Shown here piece by piece: positions 1-14,970 of a stretch of 53,279 nucleotides of DNA. Origin of the DNA: Octopus sinensis (taxonomy: Eukaryota); contig NW_021834357.1 of assembly GCF_006345805.1 (NCBI RefSeq), positions 1 through 53,279 on the forward strand, given 5' to 3'. Within the stretch, counting starts at the first letter, position 1, and each line of letters begins with the position of its first letter. The notes under the pieces are model-generated. The model was not told the DNA's origin, made no database searches, and saw only the letters and a program-made list of their open reading frames with translations. Both the position numbers and the translations under genes were made by a program.

Positions 1-107
1 GTGTATATATCGATAGACACATATACACATACATATATATATACATACATCCATACATACATGCATATATACTTACATCCATCCATCCATCCCTACATAC
101 ATACATA

Positions 108-660
108 CTTGGTGGCTGCCCCCTCGTTATCGAGTATGGGCATTGCTCGGTGCTTAATCAATGTTGTTAACTTGCAATGCCTGTGCATGAAGATTTTTTT
201 TAAAGCGAGGAAAGTGTGTGCACTGTGTCAATCCCAGTCACTAAGCAACAGCAGCCATAATCCGAAAAAAAAACAAGTCAACATCATTGGAAACCACTGA
301 GCGGCAGTTTTATATCGGAGTTATCCCAGTTACCTGAATTACCTTCTCCTAGAAGGATGCCCTAACAAAGTCTAGGAGTCCTTCACTCCCAATGGTTTAA
401 CCGCGCGATGGGGTATTCAGTCCGATTATTTCTATGTCCCCGCGCATGATACAGCCTTAACACATTTATTGGATGGCCGTTGACTCTCAAGAGTTCCACC
501 GCTCTTTGACGGGTTTTGTTTTTCATCCAGCAGGGTGTCCAATAAACTCCCTCCTCACCAAGCAAGTTTGGTGGGGTTGACGGTTTAGTCGCCGACGACC
601 CGACAATGCAACAGGTTGTACTGGGTTACATGTTACCAGTAGCACACGAAAGTGACCTGA
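108..660 (-). mobile_element. Probable non-autonomous RTE-related retroposon (also 36270-36823; truncated at 16539-16815)
   Basis: GC-richer block bounded by (CATA)n tracts. Its left end ttggtggctgcc resembles the 3' end of the RTE LINE at 46331 (ttggttggcatcc). Confidence 0.4.
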
Positions 661-1198
661 CATACATACATACATGCATACATACCTACATATATACATA
701 CATACATACATACATGCATACATACATGCATACATACATACATACATGCATACATACATGCATACATGCATACATACATACATGCATACATACATACAAG
801 CATACATTCATGCATGCATACATAATACATACATACATACATGCATACATGCATACATACATACATACATACATACATACATGCATACATGCATACATAC
901 ATACATGCATACATACATACAAGCATACATTCATGCATGCATACATAATACATACATACATACATGCATACATGCATGCATACATACATACATACATACA
1001 TACATGCATACATGCATACATACATACATTCATGCATATATACATACATACATGCATACATACATACATGCATACATACATACATATATGCATACCTACT
1101 TACATTCATGCATACTTACATACATACATACATACATGCATACATACATACAGACATACATACATACATACATCATACATACATACATACATACATAC
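660..1198. repeat. (CATA)n/(CATG) compound microsatellite; similar tracts at 15598-16538, 35765-36270 and 36824-37718
   Basis: Direct inspection. Confidence 0.95.
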
Positions 1199-2882
1199 AA
1201 AAATATCCTGTTCATGTTGTTGAAATTCCAATGAAAGATACTTGGAACTAGGTTAGAAGCCGTCTCTCTTTCTGTTGGCCAGAATTATTCTATTAAAACC
1301 GAATAATGACATTCATACATATTTTTAGCTAGTCATTATCACTAGCTTTGAATACTTTTCTTCTTGTTTTATAAATCATAGCAAAACATACAGGTACAGT
1401 GTCTCCAATTTGAAACTCAATTCGCAAGTGCACCTTCCGTATGGACTGCATACGTACGACGGAATTCCATAGTTATGATTAAATTTACTCAGAGGAAGCA
1501 TATTAGACCCCTCAGATATAGTTTGACCTAATTTAATATATTTGTATATATATGTGTATGTATGTGTGTGTGTGTGCGTGTGTGTTGTGCGTGCGTGTGT
1601 ATTTGTGTGTGTGTGGTTGTATTTGTGTGTGTGTGTGTGTGTGTTTGTGTGTGTGTGTGCGTGTAACACTCTCGGTTTGGCCCTCGAAATAAGGAATTTG
1701 AAATAAGCTACAAAATAAATCTTACATCCATGTCAGATTTCAACAAAGTCCCATAATTTTTCCTATCGTAATGGCGGGTTGCATATGCAGCTGCGCATGC
1801 TCTGTACAGCTTAAACACCTGGCGGTTGTTTTCACTGTCTAATTATGCCGCTGAATCAAAAGATGAATTTGAAGATCTTCCAGCGTCCGTATTCTCTGCA
1901 ATTGTTTACGATTTACAACCATGAAAATATTTGTAATCTAGAGAAGCGAATGCAGATTTACCCATTAGACTAATAATAGTGGGATAGTAAACATTAATAA
2001 TCTTTATTCTTTATTGCAGCTTGATGCTGTTAACCGAACCCTTCGTTTATCTAACATATATTCGACACTCCAACATACTGTCATGAATCCTATTGGATAT
2101 AACGTGACGGTCACAACATCTCAGCCTTCTTACACACAGCATCCGTGCTTGCCCTGACTATATTTGCTCTCTTTACTCTCACTTTTATGGGTGTTGTATT
2201 CGTTTCACATGAAATGTCTTCAGCTTCTAGGATCCATCCTTTCTTCGGTTCTGGTATGTTTACGTAGATGAGTGAAAGAAATCGTCGTATTTGATGTTCT
2301 CTGCTGTCGAAATGAGGCAATTTTTCTGGTTGATTTCATTTCTTATTCTTGTATATCAGCGCTTAGTATATGACGTGTATGTTGTGTGCATCGAGTTTCA
2401 TTTTGTATCTTATTTTGAAGAGAGATGGGAATTTTGTGATATATTTTAGGTGGCAGGACCAATACTCATTTATCCTGTCTTTTGAGGGATTGATCGTGTA
2501 AATTCCACATTCTCAGAAAGCTTAAATTGAACATTTTGTGATATTTCTAAAGTAGACGATAAATAGGTTTTATAAGATATGGGGTAGGAATGGAACAGAA
2601 AGCTTTCCTGATTAATAACGGCAAATAGAATGGTTTGTGAAGACGTATCTTGTTGTTGTTGAAAGAATCAGTTAAGTTCTGTGCTATGTAATGTAGCGGT
2701 TCATGGCTCCTTGTCAGAATCCGAGTTGTAATTTGAAAACCAAGATGCCTGAGATAGTAGCGTCGAGTATTAGAAATTCTAAGGCTGTGCATGAAAAGCT
2801 GATATAATTCTATGGTGGTACTTTATTTGGGGTTTGTTGAATCATGAGACAGAAGACAAAATACTGTTAAACGAAATAACAT

Positions 2883-2888
2883 TTTATT
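2883..2888 (-). promoter_or_regulatory. Candidate polyadenylation signal of copy A
   Basis: AATAAA ~270 nt after the stop, followed by a T/GT-rich tract and conserved in copies B and D. Other AATAAA motifs lie nearby. Confidence 0.35.
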
Positions 2889-3157
2889 TCAACGATAAGT
2901 TTGAGAAACTGAAATCTTACAAAATGTTTTCTAGAATCATTTCGACAGATTTAGATTTTTCTTGTTTTTGAGGATATTTCTGGCATTCTACGTCGCCTCT
3001 TTTGTATTGTTTGAATATCTTCTGTAAACTAGTACAACAGTTTATTGTAACGATAGACATACTTTAAAGAAAATATTAGGTAACACAATTGAAAATTTTA
3101 TGTTATTTATTGAAATTCACAGAGATATTTTCATATGGAACCGAATTTAATTTCTAT

Positions 3158-3654
3158 TCAATATTTACTGCAAACAACGCAGGTTAATTCTTGACCATTG
3201 ACATACGGTGGACATGGCAATGAACCACAAGCAGCCTCAACGAAATATAATAGAGCTCCATCTTCGTCTCTGTAACCTGCTGGATCAGCTTCTGGTGCAT
3301 AATCTACACAAACATATTCATGTCTGCCCTTATGATTATAATGCTCGGTCATCAAATATCCTGAATACTCAGCTGTCCATCCATCGTAACACTTTGTCCT
3401 GGCTGGTAACATCATAACAACAGCAGGTTGTCGTGTCAAACAGACAGCACACGGAACGTTGTGATCATGAATTGATTCAGCGTTAGCAAAAGAAAAGAGT
3501 TTATTTGAGTAGTGGGATATTTCATATTCACTGCCATAAATGTAACCACCTTTTTCAACTTCTGTCGTATAATTGGCCCAAATGGGATCGTTAGGTAAAC
3601 ACAAGAGATTACTTCCGCCACCAGTCTGGGTATGATGTTGTCCACCAACCACAC
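3158..3654 (-). CDS. Copy A exon 4 (last exon): short-chain collagen C4-like (spongin NC1-related) domain
   Basis: ORF 3158..3652 carries the family motifs GGGSNxLCLP, IYGSEYE, HDHNVPCAVC, PARTKCYxGWTxEYSGYLM, VCVD and CGSLPCPPYxxGxELTCVVCSK. The acceptor ttttag|GT is at 3655/3654 (phase 1) and the TGA stop is at 3158-3160. Confidence 0.9.
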
Positions 3655-3857
3655 CTAAAATTGGTTAGAATAAATCAAGTAAAAAAGATGTTAAGAAAAA
3701 TTATATATGAAATAACGGAAACATTCATTACAGTTAAAAGAAGTCATGTTTAGCCACGTGTGAACGAATTGTGGTGTATATATGTTAGTGTTTATGTGAG
3801 TGCAAGCGGTGTGTTGCTGTATGCTTGAGATCATAGCTGTGCATTTGCATTCTCTTC

Positions 3858-3890
<33 letters not shown>

Positions 3891-4812
3891 CGAGTTAAGC
3901 AACAAGGATATCGAGAGATAATGCAGTGCAATTGTTTCATGCAACTCCAATTAATTGAACAATACAATCATTACATCAATTTAAAATATAGAGGAATCTT
4001 CAGCTGCACAAATACATAGGATTTAATTAAATTGAATCAGATTGACACATTAGTATAATTATACCTAAAATCTCCAAGAAGCTAAGGAGATACACAAAGA
4101 ACATGTTGTCTCTATTTCAGCATAGAAGTTAATAAAATTATCAAGAAATTTATGAATACTTATGAATAGAAAAAATATTCAACAATTTCTATCCTTTTGT
4201 TATAATATTCTTCTTAATAATCCTTTGGAAAACCCTAAACTTCAACTGTATTCATAGCAACATTGTTTAAAATATTTAACTATAATATATGATAAGACCT
4301 TCCGTTTCATTGTCAATAGTCTGCCAGTGTGCGACTCCCTTAATTATCAGTTAACACCTTGTTTAAAGTTTTCCCTTACTAAACCTCATGGTATTGCTTA
4401 TAATAATTCTTGATTTTTTTATGACTATACTAACTATTATGTCTGTCTACCCCCTAAACCCTCCCTCTAACAGATACTGCCCTATGTTCTCTCAGCCTTA
4501 GATATACAAAGGATTTGTAAACAATTAAAACTGACCCCATAAAGACAAAAAAATCAGTGACAAGCCGACCTTCATGATAATTTTATTAACTGCTATGCTG
4601 AAGTAGAAACAACATGTTCTATGTAATTTCTTGGAGATTTTAGGTATAATTATACAAATGTGTCCATATGTTCTAATTTAATTAAATGCTACGTTTTTGT
4701 GCACTGAAGATTGCTCTACATTTTAAACTGATGTAATGATTGCATTGTTCAATTAAATGAGTTGCATGAAACGAACGTACTGCATTATCTCTGGATATCA
4801 TCGTTGCTTAGT
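3891..4812. mobile_element. Element with ~250-bp imperfect inverted arms, each carrying a hammerhead-like motif (also 40348-41270)
   Basis: 3895-4148 is the reverse complement of ~4570-4810. It sits next to (TA)n and is absent from copy B. Confidence 0.7.
4700..4784 (+). ncRNA. Type I hammerhead ribozyme-like motif (paralog at 41158-41242; inverted copies at 3922-4008 and 40379-40465 on minus)
   Basis: tgca-CTGAAGA-ttgc...gcat-GAAA-cg-aa-cg-TA-ctgca shows the core boxes, stem I, a short stem III and a GUA triplet. Confidence 0.55.
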
Positions 4813-4940
4813 TTAATTTTAATCCCCTTACTTTGAAATTGTATGGATAATGCCGTACTAAATTCTGGAGCCTCAACTTAAGTACCATATTCATCCGAAT
4901 CTATATAATAATATATTATATATATATATATACATATACA

Positions 4941-6640
<1,700 letters not shown>

Positions 6641-7826
6641 TGTAGGTATATGTATATATATGTTGTGTGTATATACGGGTAAGTATTTGAGGTTATGACG
6701 TGGATTATTATGTAAGTTTGCATGGGGAAGTGTATTTGCGTGGATGTTAATAGAAGGAGAAAAAGAAAGGAATTCGGTAACGCATGTGCTCGTGTTTACC
6801 CGAAACGGAAAAGGTGTTCACGAGTGAACGGGGATATTTTTGGTGATGGAGTGGGCGACGGATAAAATATACGTGTAGGGTTTATAAAGAGCAGATTCAG
6901 AGCATTTTTAAGGAATGTGAGGTGGATTGGGGAAGCGGTTTCTGGAAGTAGTTTTGAATTGGAAGTGTGGTAATAACCTTACAAATATATACTGGATAAT
7001 TAATGAGGTGATGTGGTGCATGAAAAGAGCAAGGTTTTAGTGATAGGATGATTTCGGTGAGGCGGAGAAGAATAGAAGTGCATTCTGTACACTGTTTTGA
7101 TCTCTCACTAATATTTAGTCTCTCTATATTTTACTTAATGAATAAAGTCCTTAGCTTTTTCCATCATTTACAGTATGTGGCTTGTCCAGTCCTCATTCTA
7201 CTTTGTGCGTTCATTTCATTAATTATTTACAGTCACTGTCATCAATTCTAATAGACTGTTTTCAATTTAGCCCGCACCTACGATCATTGGGCACTCTAGT
7301 TAATGATAGACAAGTGGCCACTATTCAGCTCTAGTCACTCACATACAATAACCATCCGTAGCCAGTACACATGATCACCAGTTAGCAGCCTCGGTATTTG
7401 ATATCTACAATTCAAAGCTGGTCAGCCAGAAATTCTTGATCGCCATGGTGGTTTTCAGTCCAGCTCCTATCTGTAATTTAACGTAGAGATATCTATATTC
7501 TGTGGTTAGACAACATCCTTTTCATTTGGTCCGTAGTAGACAACATATAATATTCTGATTTGACCAAATACCTACAAAGGAGTACATCTTGTAGTTTTTG
7601 TATAGTCTACCGTCTACCGGTATAGACGTTTGAAACGTGACATATCGTAAGAGGATTTGAGAACGTTTATGTCAGACAACCCGACAAAGGGTGAGTCTGT
7701 GTGCATGTTCGTGAGAGAGGGGGTGAGAGAGAAAGGGAGGCAACAAAAAGAGAGAATGACAGGTATAAAAAAAGAACAAGAGGAATCAAAAGGGAATGAG
7801 AGCTCAGAAACATAAAGTATACTAAC

Positions 7827-7901
7827 CGTCATATACAAGTTTTGAATAAGGAGGACAAGTTGTTCTACCCCACCGGGTATACAATGATCCGAGACCGGGT
7901 T
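7827..7901 (-). CDS. Copy A exon 3, (K)PGLGSLYTRWGRTTCPPYSKLVYD(G)
   Basis: 75-nt exon between tttcgcag and GTTAGT, phase 1-1. It encodes the YxRWGRTTCP motif that begins this domain family and joins exon 4 in frame. Not in the ORF track. Confidence 0.88.
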
Positions 7902-8489
7902 CTGCGAAATTAAAATGAAATAATGTAGTTTAAAAGAAAGAATTGGGGGATCATTTACAAAGTAGGTTGTTGGATGGGAAGGAATTGATGGAGAAGAGAG
8001 AAATATAGAATTTAAGAAAGAACGAGTGAATGAATGAAAGTTAGAACGAAAGATGTAAATAATAAGAATAAATTGTAAAGAAAGAAAAAAGACATTTGTC
8101 TGTTGAGCCTGTTGGTGACGTTGATGTCAAAGATTTGAGAGATTAATCTCAGAATATCAGAATGTGTATCGGTCTCCGCTATGAACGGATGTATGTATGA
8201 TAAACTTGGGTATGAGTATATATACTTCTCAATAATAGAATAATGATAAAATATTCGCCAGGTGCGAATATTCATCGGTCAATTACAAATATTAGTTTGG
8301 AGCTCGGCGCAAATAAGGCCATCATAACTACAACATGAAAATAACAACCATACCGCATCATTTGTCGATTTAGTTAAAAGACATCGCATCCGGATCTCGA
8401 GTAGAGGGGTCCGTTCGATAAATGTATAGCACAACCCACCCAATACCGGTGCAACCAGCAAGAAGCCAGCAACTTAATCTGGGGTGCGT

Positions 8490-10390
8490 GAGGTGGGAGC
8501 ACCAAATTGACGGTCTCAGGAAACCAAAGCAGATGAAGAAGGGAACAACCTTTAATAATTGAGAATTAAAACGTCAAAATTGTTAGATATAATCTGCCTG
8601 TAAGATATAATCGGTGTCTCCTCTACAAAATTTCCTTTCTCCGATAGCGTACACCTGGATATAGGCTTGAAACTCCACTACGCAACTGTGGTGCCAACAA
8701 TGTCTGCACAGGTGAGATTAGGATACTCTCAATCCCCAGCTTTCGGATTGTTTTATGGAGTGAAACCTACTAGGTGTGAGGTTTCACCTCTTGAAACTAA
8801 GGCTGAATATGAAAGACCACTGTGGCTGTTGAAAGTATATGCAGCAAACAGCTGGGTCAAATACATATCCTTCCTAAGCAAATTCACCTCAGCTTTAGAT
8901 ATATTTGGGGTAAAGTCATTTGTCCTGCCAGGAGACTTCAGTGCACACCTTGGCACTGATAACCGTGAGAAGGGTTGATTGGAAGGAATGTCGTCAGTGA
9001 ACTTAATGGACAGGTCGTAGCAGCCTTCTGTGCAGGATGCACACTCTCCTCCCTATGGTATAGATATTATTTTAAGACAGGGATATTTATAAGGGTACCT
9101 GGTATAGAAATAGTTGGTGACGGAGGTTTTGATAGATTTCGGTCATCTTTCACTCTTTGCGGAACGTTTGTGTCTGAAAACCTGAAAATTCCTACAGTCT
9201 GCCGAACACTGGAAATTGGTAAGCCGTGAATGCTGGGATCAGAAACAAAAATGTGGAGACTTTTGCATACAAATTGAGAGTGACCCTCCTAAATTAAGTT
9301 GGACATCGAAATGGATTTGTGATTGTATTATTTTTTTCGGTAGGTTCTTCTTCGTTTGAACGCTTATTTGAGCTAAACTCACTTAAATGTGATAAAACTG
9401 CTTGTGAAAAGCACGTTCGGTTTGATATTTTAGAAGCCATAAATACAGATGGTATTCTCTGAGTGACCCATGTACGCTAGGTGGATGGGACAAACACCAA
9501 GGCAATGGTAATATGGGGTGACAATCACAATTCTTCTTCAACAGACCAATGAGTGTGTTCTAATTATAGAAAAGTCTATACTAGATGTCAGGAAATGATA
9601 TGTAGGGAAATTGTCGTGCTAAAGGTTACTGTCCGGGACACTGTACACCCGACCAGAGAGTCATTCAAAGACAGATCTTCCAGCAAACTTTGAAGCATTT
9701 CCAAGAGTAATACGCTGTAAACCACGAAAAGGCACATGATCACGTTCCCTGAGGCATGTTGTGGATGGTTTACCAGGAAGGTGAGTTTACTGGGCAAATA
9801 CTGGTTGCCATAAAATACTTATATGGATGTTCAAATGATTGTATTTATGTAAAAGTCGAAAGTTTACAACGTGAAGGTTTCACTTAGTTGAAGTGTGCAT
9901 TGTTAGTGCCCCTTCTCACATTCTATTTTGTGATCTGGTTGAATATGCGCAGCCATTGTGGTAGAGGTATCCCAATTCATCTCTACGTGATCGGTGGACT
10001 GTTATTTGTAGACGACATGCTGCTACCTAATTTGTCTGATTGTCACCAACAACGTGCACTGAATTGGTTGGCTGCCGAGTACACCAAGGCAGGATTGACA
10101 AATATGCACTGTGTAGGAAAGTGGAACATCATTATTTCGGGTCTCTATTCGCGAATGATTGGAAGCACAAGAGTTGACAGAATGCTGAATTGTAGATATA
10201 AACGCAGTGATGCGCCAGCTCGGGCATTTGATTCTCAGATGAAGAGGGCATTCATGCTTTTCGTATGCAAGCCGGTGGGGCTCGCTCTGAGCACTCTAAT
10301 GTTTTCACAGTGAATGTACTGGCCGACTAGGACACTCAGCAAAGAGCTCCCTCAGAGGAAACGTGCGGGTCGAAACAATTCTCGACGTAG
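8490..10390 (+). mobile_element. Old decayed non-LTR retrotransposon (APE plus RT remnants) in intron 2
   Basis: VYAANS..GDFSAHLG (APE GDFNA motif), EKAHDHVP (KAYDxV) and LLFVDD (YADD box), with many stops. Confidence 0.7.
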
Positions 10391-10627
10391 CACTGCATAT
10401 ATACTTACATACACACAATAAATGGCATAGTATATTAGAATAACATTATATTTAAGGAATTCTTGTAAAGTAGAATATATTTTAAAATAAATTCAGGCAA
10501 GTGTCTTAGTATATATTATTTTGGATATATGGATAGTAATGTGGAACTAATTCAAAGTTGGTAAAATTTTAAAGCATTAGTTAAGGAGACACGGGTAAAA
10601 GACTTTAGCCATAAAATCAGTTCTTAC

Positions 10628-10679
10628 TTGGCGTATCATCAGGTTTATCGTCGAGAGATTTCTTGGAGATGAAACGGTT
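10628..10679 (-). CDS. Copy A exon 2, NRFISKKSLDDKPDDTP stalk
   Basis: 52-nt exon, ttttttcacag acceptor and GTAAGA donor, phase 0-1. Conserved in all copies and bridges the exon 1 and exon 3 frames. Confidence 0.75.
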
Positions 10680-11387
10680 CTGTGAAAAAATAGAAATAGC
10701 ATCATATAAATAGAACTTCAGTGTATTTATTATCGGACAGGTATCATTGCCAACACTACCATCTCAACCCCTTAGGAATCTTCTAGAAGGCGCTTCAATC
10801 GAGTCGAACGATTTTCTGAACAATATCAGACAATAAAAATCTGAATTTCAAATGACATCGTTTGGTGAATCTAAGAAGATAGATAAACATGAATTTACGC
10901 CGACGTCAAAGTTCAAGGGCAAGTCTATCCCCTCATTGGTTCCCTGGTACCCGCGAATGAACAACCACCGTTCCTCCAAACTTACTCCATAAGTGATGTA
11001 GGACAACAAACCCGACGTGAGGTGTCAAAATTTCCGATGATGGGTCGTGTTAGACACAGCGCACACTGCAGCAAAGGAGAGTATATCCACTGACAGCTTT
11101 TCGGTGCGTTCAAAAATCACTCAAACTCCACCTCCAATTTTGCATGACAGGTTAGGGCCTGAAACACTCCAAACGGACGCAAAGCATGTTGCTTAGTGGA
11201 ATTAGCCCAGCATTTACTCAACAAAAGTTTTGTTGTCAATGTTGCACTTTCCCATATCACCTGTTTCAAAATGACTGGAATATATTATATACCATCTTTG
11301 CCATTTTAATCCCCTGCAATGCCGGGTATGACTGCTAGTACACCACACACACACACACACACAAATATATATACACACACATATTTC

Positions 11388-11425
<38 letters not shown>

Positions 11426-11724
11426 ATATATATCTACACACATGTATATATATAGTTAAATTTAATCCAAACAAGAAAGCCCCAAAAACAACAACGCGAG
11501 GACGTGGACCAGCATAGTATTACTGGACGCTCAGTAGAGAAGGAAAGAAGGAAGGTTTAACGTTTCAGGTGGAGCTCTTCGTCGGAACTACGAGAAGGAA
11601 AGATCCAGAGGAGGGAAGACAGAAGACAAAAATCGCCAATGGTACACACGCAGGCGCATTTTGAATAACCGAAGGAAATGGGAGAAGTAAAGATCTTTCA
11701 AAGACAGGGAGAGGTAGAGGAGGA

Positions 11725-12690
11725 TGTGTGTGTGTAAGTGTGGATAAGAGCGTGCGCGGAGGTCTGCGTGTGCGTGTGTGTATGTGAGTATGTGTGTATG
11801 TGTGCAATGATGACAAATATGTGTGTGTGTGCATGTGCGTGTGTAAGTGTGTGTGGTTGTGGCTGTTAATCTTTGCGTGTTGTAGGGTTAGTAGTGTTAA
11901 GGTCAAGGAAGAAGGATTTGGGCGTGGCTCCCTTTGTCTCTACCACAGGTCAAGTAGTAGGTACTGCTAGTTTGAAGTATGTGTGTGTGTGCGTGTATGT
12001 ATATGTATCATGTGTGTGTTTTGTTTGTAGTGTGTGTGTGTTCATGTGTGTGTGTATGTGTGTGTATGCGTAGAGTTTGGGTTTGTAGCGAATAACTGTG
12101 TGTATGTGTGTGTACATGTACGTATAACTGTGCGCGTGTATGTATTATTGTGTACCGTGTGTATGGGACGTATGTGTGGGTTCTTTCGTGTGTGTGTGTA
12201 TGTATGTGCGTGCGTCTCGTATGTGCGTGAGTGCATGTACGTGTACGTTTGTATGTGTGTGTGTAAGCGTATATGGGTGTATATGCGTGTATCCGTGGGG
12301 TTGTGAGTTTTCTGGGTGTGCATTAATGTGCGTGTGTACGTGCGTATGTGTGCGCATGTTTTTACGTGCGTGTGTGTGTGTCTCTGTCTATATGTGTATA
12401 CGGATGTGTATGTGTGTGCGTGTAGGCATATATTGTGTGTATGTATATGTATCGGTGTGTATGTGAATTTGTGCATGCGTGTGTGTTTTGGGTTTTTCTG
12501 GAGTTGTGTGGGAGTAACGTGCGTGCGTGTGTGCGCTTAAGTACGTGTATGTGCGTGTGTGTCTGTGCCCATGTGTGTATAAGTGTGTGCGTATCTGTAT
12601 GAGTATTGTTCGTTAAAGGTATATGTGGACATCTGTGTTGGTGTGTGTATGTACGTGTGTATGTGTGTGTGTGTGTATTGTGTGCGTATG
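11725..12690. repeat. Degenerate (TG)n low-complexity tract; paralogs 28900-29885 and 48940-49355
   Basis: Direct inspection. Confidence 0.9.
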
Positions 12691-12699
12691 ATGCATATA

Positions 12700-12980
12700 T
12701 CTCCGTGATCACCGTCACAGACCAGTTGTTGCTACATATCGCTGGTCACAATGCGCTTCGCGTTGTTTTAGCCTTCAATGATGACGCCACCCGCTGGCTA
12801 GGCGAGCAGGCCAACAGAAGAAAGGGAGAAAGTGTAGCGAAGAGTACAGCACAGAGATCAACACAACCCACTCCCTGAGCCTCGTGGAGCATTAACACTA
12901 ACAACGCCCAGTCTGGGAATCGAAACCGCGATCCGACAACCATGAGTCCGCTGCCCTAACCACTGGGCCACTGCGCCTCC
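12700..12980 (-). mobile_element. tRNA-derived SINE (also ~29900-30143 and ~49372-49602)
   Basis: Minus strand reads ggaggcgcagTGGCCCAGTGGttagggcagcggactc...gGTTTCGATTCCcag, i.e. Pol III A and B boxes followed by a non-tRNA body. Confidence 0.75.
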
Positions 12981-13735
12981 ACCCACAGACACACACACAT
13001 CACACATATATAAATACATATCGATATATACGTATGCACGTACACTGAAGCATACACACCATAAATATCACAAATATACGTATCTACTTATACGCATACA
13101 CACACACAAACGCACACATATATGTGAGTGGACATACACACTGTATAGTGTGATTGTTCGTGTACATTGAGCACATGCGTCTGTGTGCGTGCGTCGTGTG
13201 TGTGTTCTTGTGTTTATTTGTGCGTGTGTTTGTCCGTGTGTCTGTGTGTATGTATTTACATTCGTTCTTACATATTGTCATATATAAAAACCAACGTGAA
13301 TTACATTCAAACATTACGAAATTCACCGATCTACATTGGCACTCGCACGTTTTATTTTCAGTTGGAAAGAAAAGATTCAAAAAAACTCGCCTCACTTCCG
13401 TTCCTGATGGAGAGAAATAGATAAATGTGTGTAAATATGTACGTATTCCTATGTGTGCGTGTGTGTGTGTGTTTGCATGTGTTCGTTTCTGTGCGTGTGT
13501 GTAAGTGTACATCTAGATATAATACTTAACACTAATATTAATAGGGCTAAACGTTGCAGCGACAGGGCATGGCCATGCTGGAACCCCACCATTAGATTTT
13601 TTCATTACGCACTTATTTCCCTCTCCAGGATTATGTCTGGTGAAAGAGCGATCGGACAGGAGTACAATTCCACTCTTCTTTGTGTTTCCTTGGGATGTGT
13701 GTATATGTATATATACTATATACATATATATACAT

Positions 13736-13832
<97 letters not shown>

Positions 13833-14039
13833 TATATATATATAGATAGATAGATACATACATACATATGTAGATAAATAGATTGATAGGTAGATATGTA
13901 TGTACATACATACGTAACTATATATGTGTGTATGTATATATGATATGTATGTATGTATATATATATAGATGTATGTGTGTGTGTATAGCACACATAGTGT
14001 GTATGTATCTATTTTTTATGTATGTGTCTGATATTGTCG

Positions 14040-14221
14040 CACACTTCCGATTCTTAACTGATGTCGGTGTGTTTACGTCCCCGTTACATAGCGGTTCGGC
14101 TAGAGATACCGATAGAATGAGCGATAGGCTTACAAAGAATAATTCCTGAAGTCGATTTGTCATACTAAACGCAGTGCTCTAGCATGGCCGCAGTGAAATA
14201 ACTGAAACGGTTAAAAGAATA
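14040..14221 (+). mobile_element. 3' body of the same SINE family (also ~33700-33882 and ~52305-52489)
   Basis: Reverse complement of 18475-18650 (gtgtttacgtccccg..agcggttcggc..gcatggccgcagtcaaatgactgaaac). Confidence 0.7.
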
Positions 14222-14252
14222 TATTTATATACAAACACACACACACACACAG

Positions 14253-14283
<31 letters not shown>

Positions 14284-14717
14284 CATATATATAGATAAAT
14301 AGAGAGAGAGAGAGAGAGATAGACTGAGAGATACAGTGATAGATACACACACGCATATATTTGTTTGTATATATATATCTATATATGTTCACGCACTAAT
14401 ATATTCATATATATGTATATTTATGTATACATATATATGTATATTATATATACAGATATATATATATGTAGATATATATGTATGTTTAGTTGTGTGCGCC
14501 TGTGTGTTCGTGTGTGATTACGTGTGTGATCTTATGTGTGTGTGTGTGCTCCATAGGGACATATGTACGTGATTCATGCATACATCCTTACATCCATCCA
14601 TCCATCCGTACGTACATACATCCACATATTAATACATACATACGTAAATGCATACATACATACATGCATATAAATACATAAAGACATACATATATTAACA
14701 CAAAATCCATGACTTAC

Positions 14718-14860
14718 CGTTTTCGATTCTCTTCCATTTTCCTATTCTTGAATCTTGATGAAGAATCACGATCGTCAGAACGAGAGAACCCCCCAAAAGC
14801 TATGAGAGAAGAAATGGAATAACGCTGCGAAATATTCCTGGACAGTTGTGCGAAATCCAT
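14718..14860 (-). pseudogene. Copy A exon 1 (ATG plus signal anchor), frameshifted as given
   Basis: ATG at 14860 (MDFAQLSRNISQRYSISSLIAF...) and GTAAGT donor at 14717. It is 143 nt versus 144 in copies C and D, with indels in short homopolymer runs. Confidence 0.75.
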
Positions 14861-14929
14861 TCTGGTGACAGTTGTCGGTCGTACGTGATACTTCGTGTGG
14901 CTTCAACAAAAGATCGAGATGCGAGGTTT

Positions 14930-14970
14930 AAGCTGAAGACCTGTAACTGAATTCCACGTATTTATTGAGC
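14930..14970 (-). promoter_or_regulatory. Candidate core promoter (also 34617-34657 and 53222-53262)
   Basis: AATAAATA TATA-like box followed by TCAGTT/TCAGCT Inr-like motifs, 70-105 nt upstream of the ATG and identical in three copies. Confidence 0.3.

Noticed and set aside
606-1251. Long His/Thr/Tyr/Ile or Met/Tyr/Val/Cys ORFs (also 15494-16570, 24585-25507, 35671-37840 and others)
   Set aside because: These are translations of (CATA)n, (TG)n and (CTAT)n microsatellites. They are open on both strands and lengths differ between paralogs.
2111-2792. Short ORFs repeated downstream of each gene
   Set aside because: Non-ATG or variable starts, no motifs, and partly deleted in unit B.
9888-10313. 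ORF conserved across copies as an independent gene
   Set aside because: It is a decayed LINE RT remnant. Conservation is explained by recent duplication, and frames and stops differ between copies.
12905-12980. Possible tRNA gene
   Set aside because: It has A and B boxes but no convincing acceptor stem, and continues into a SINE body.
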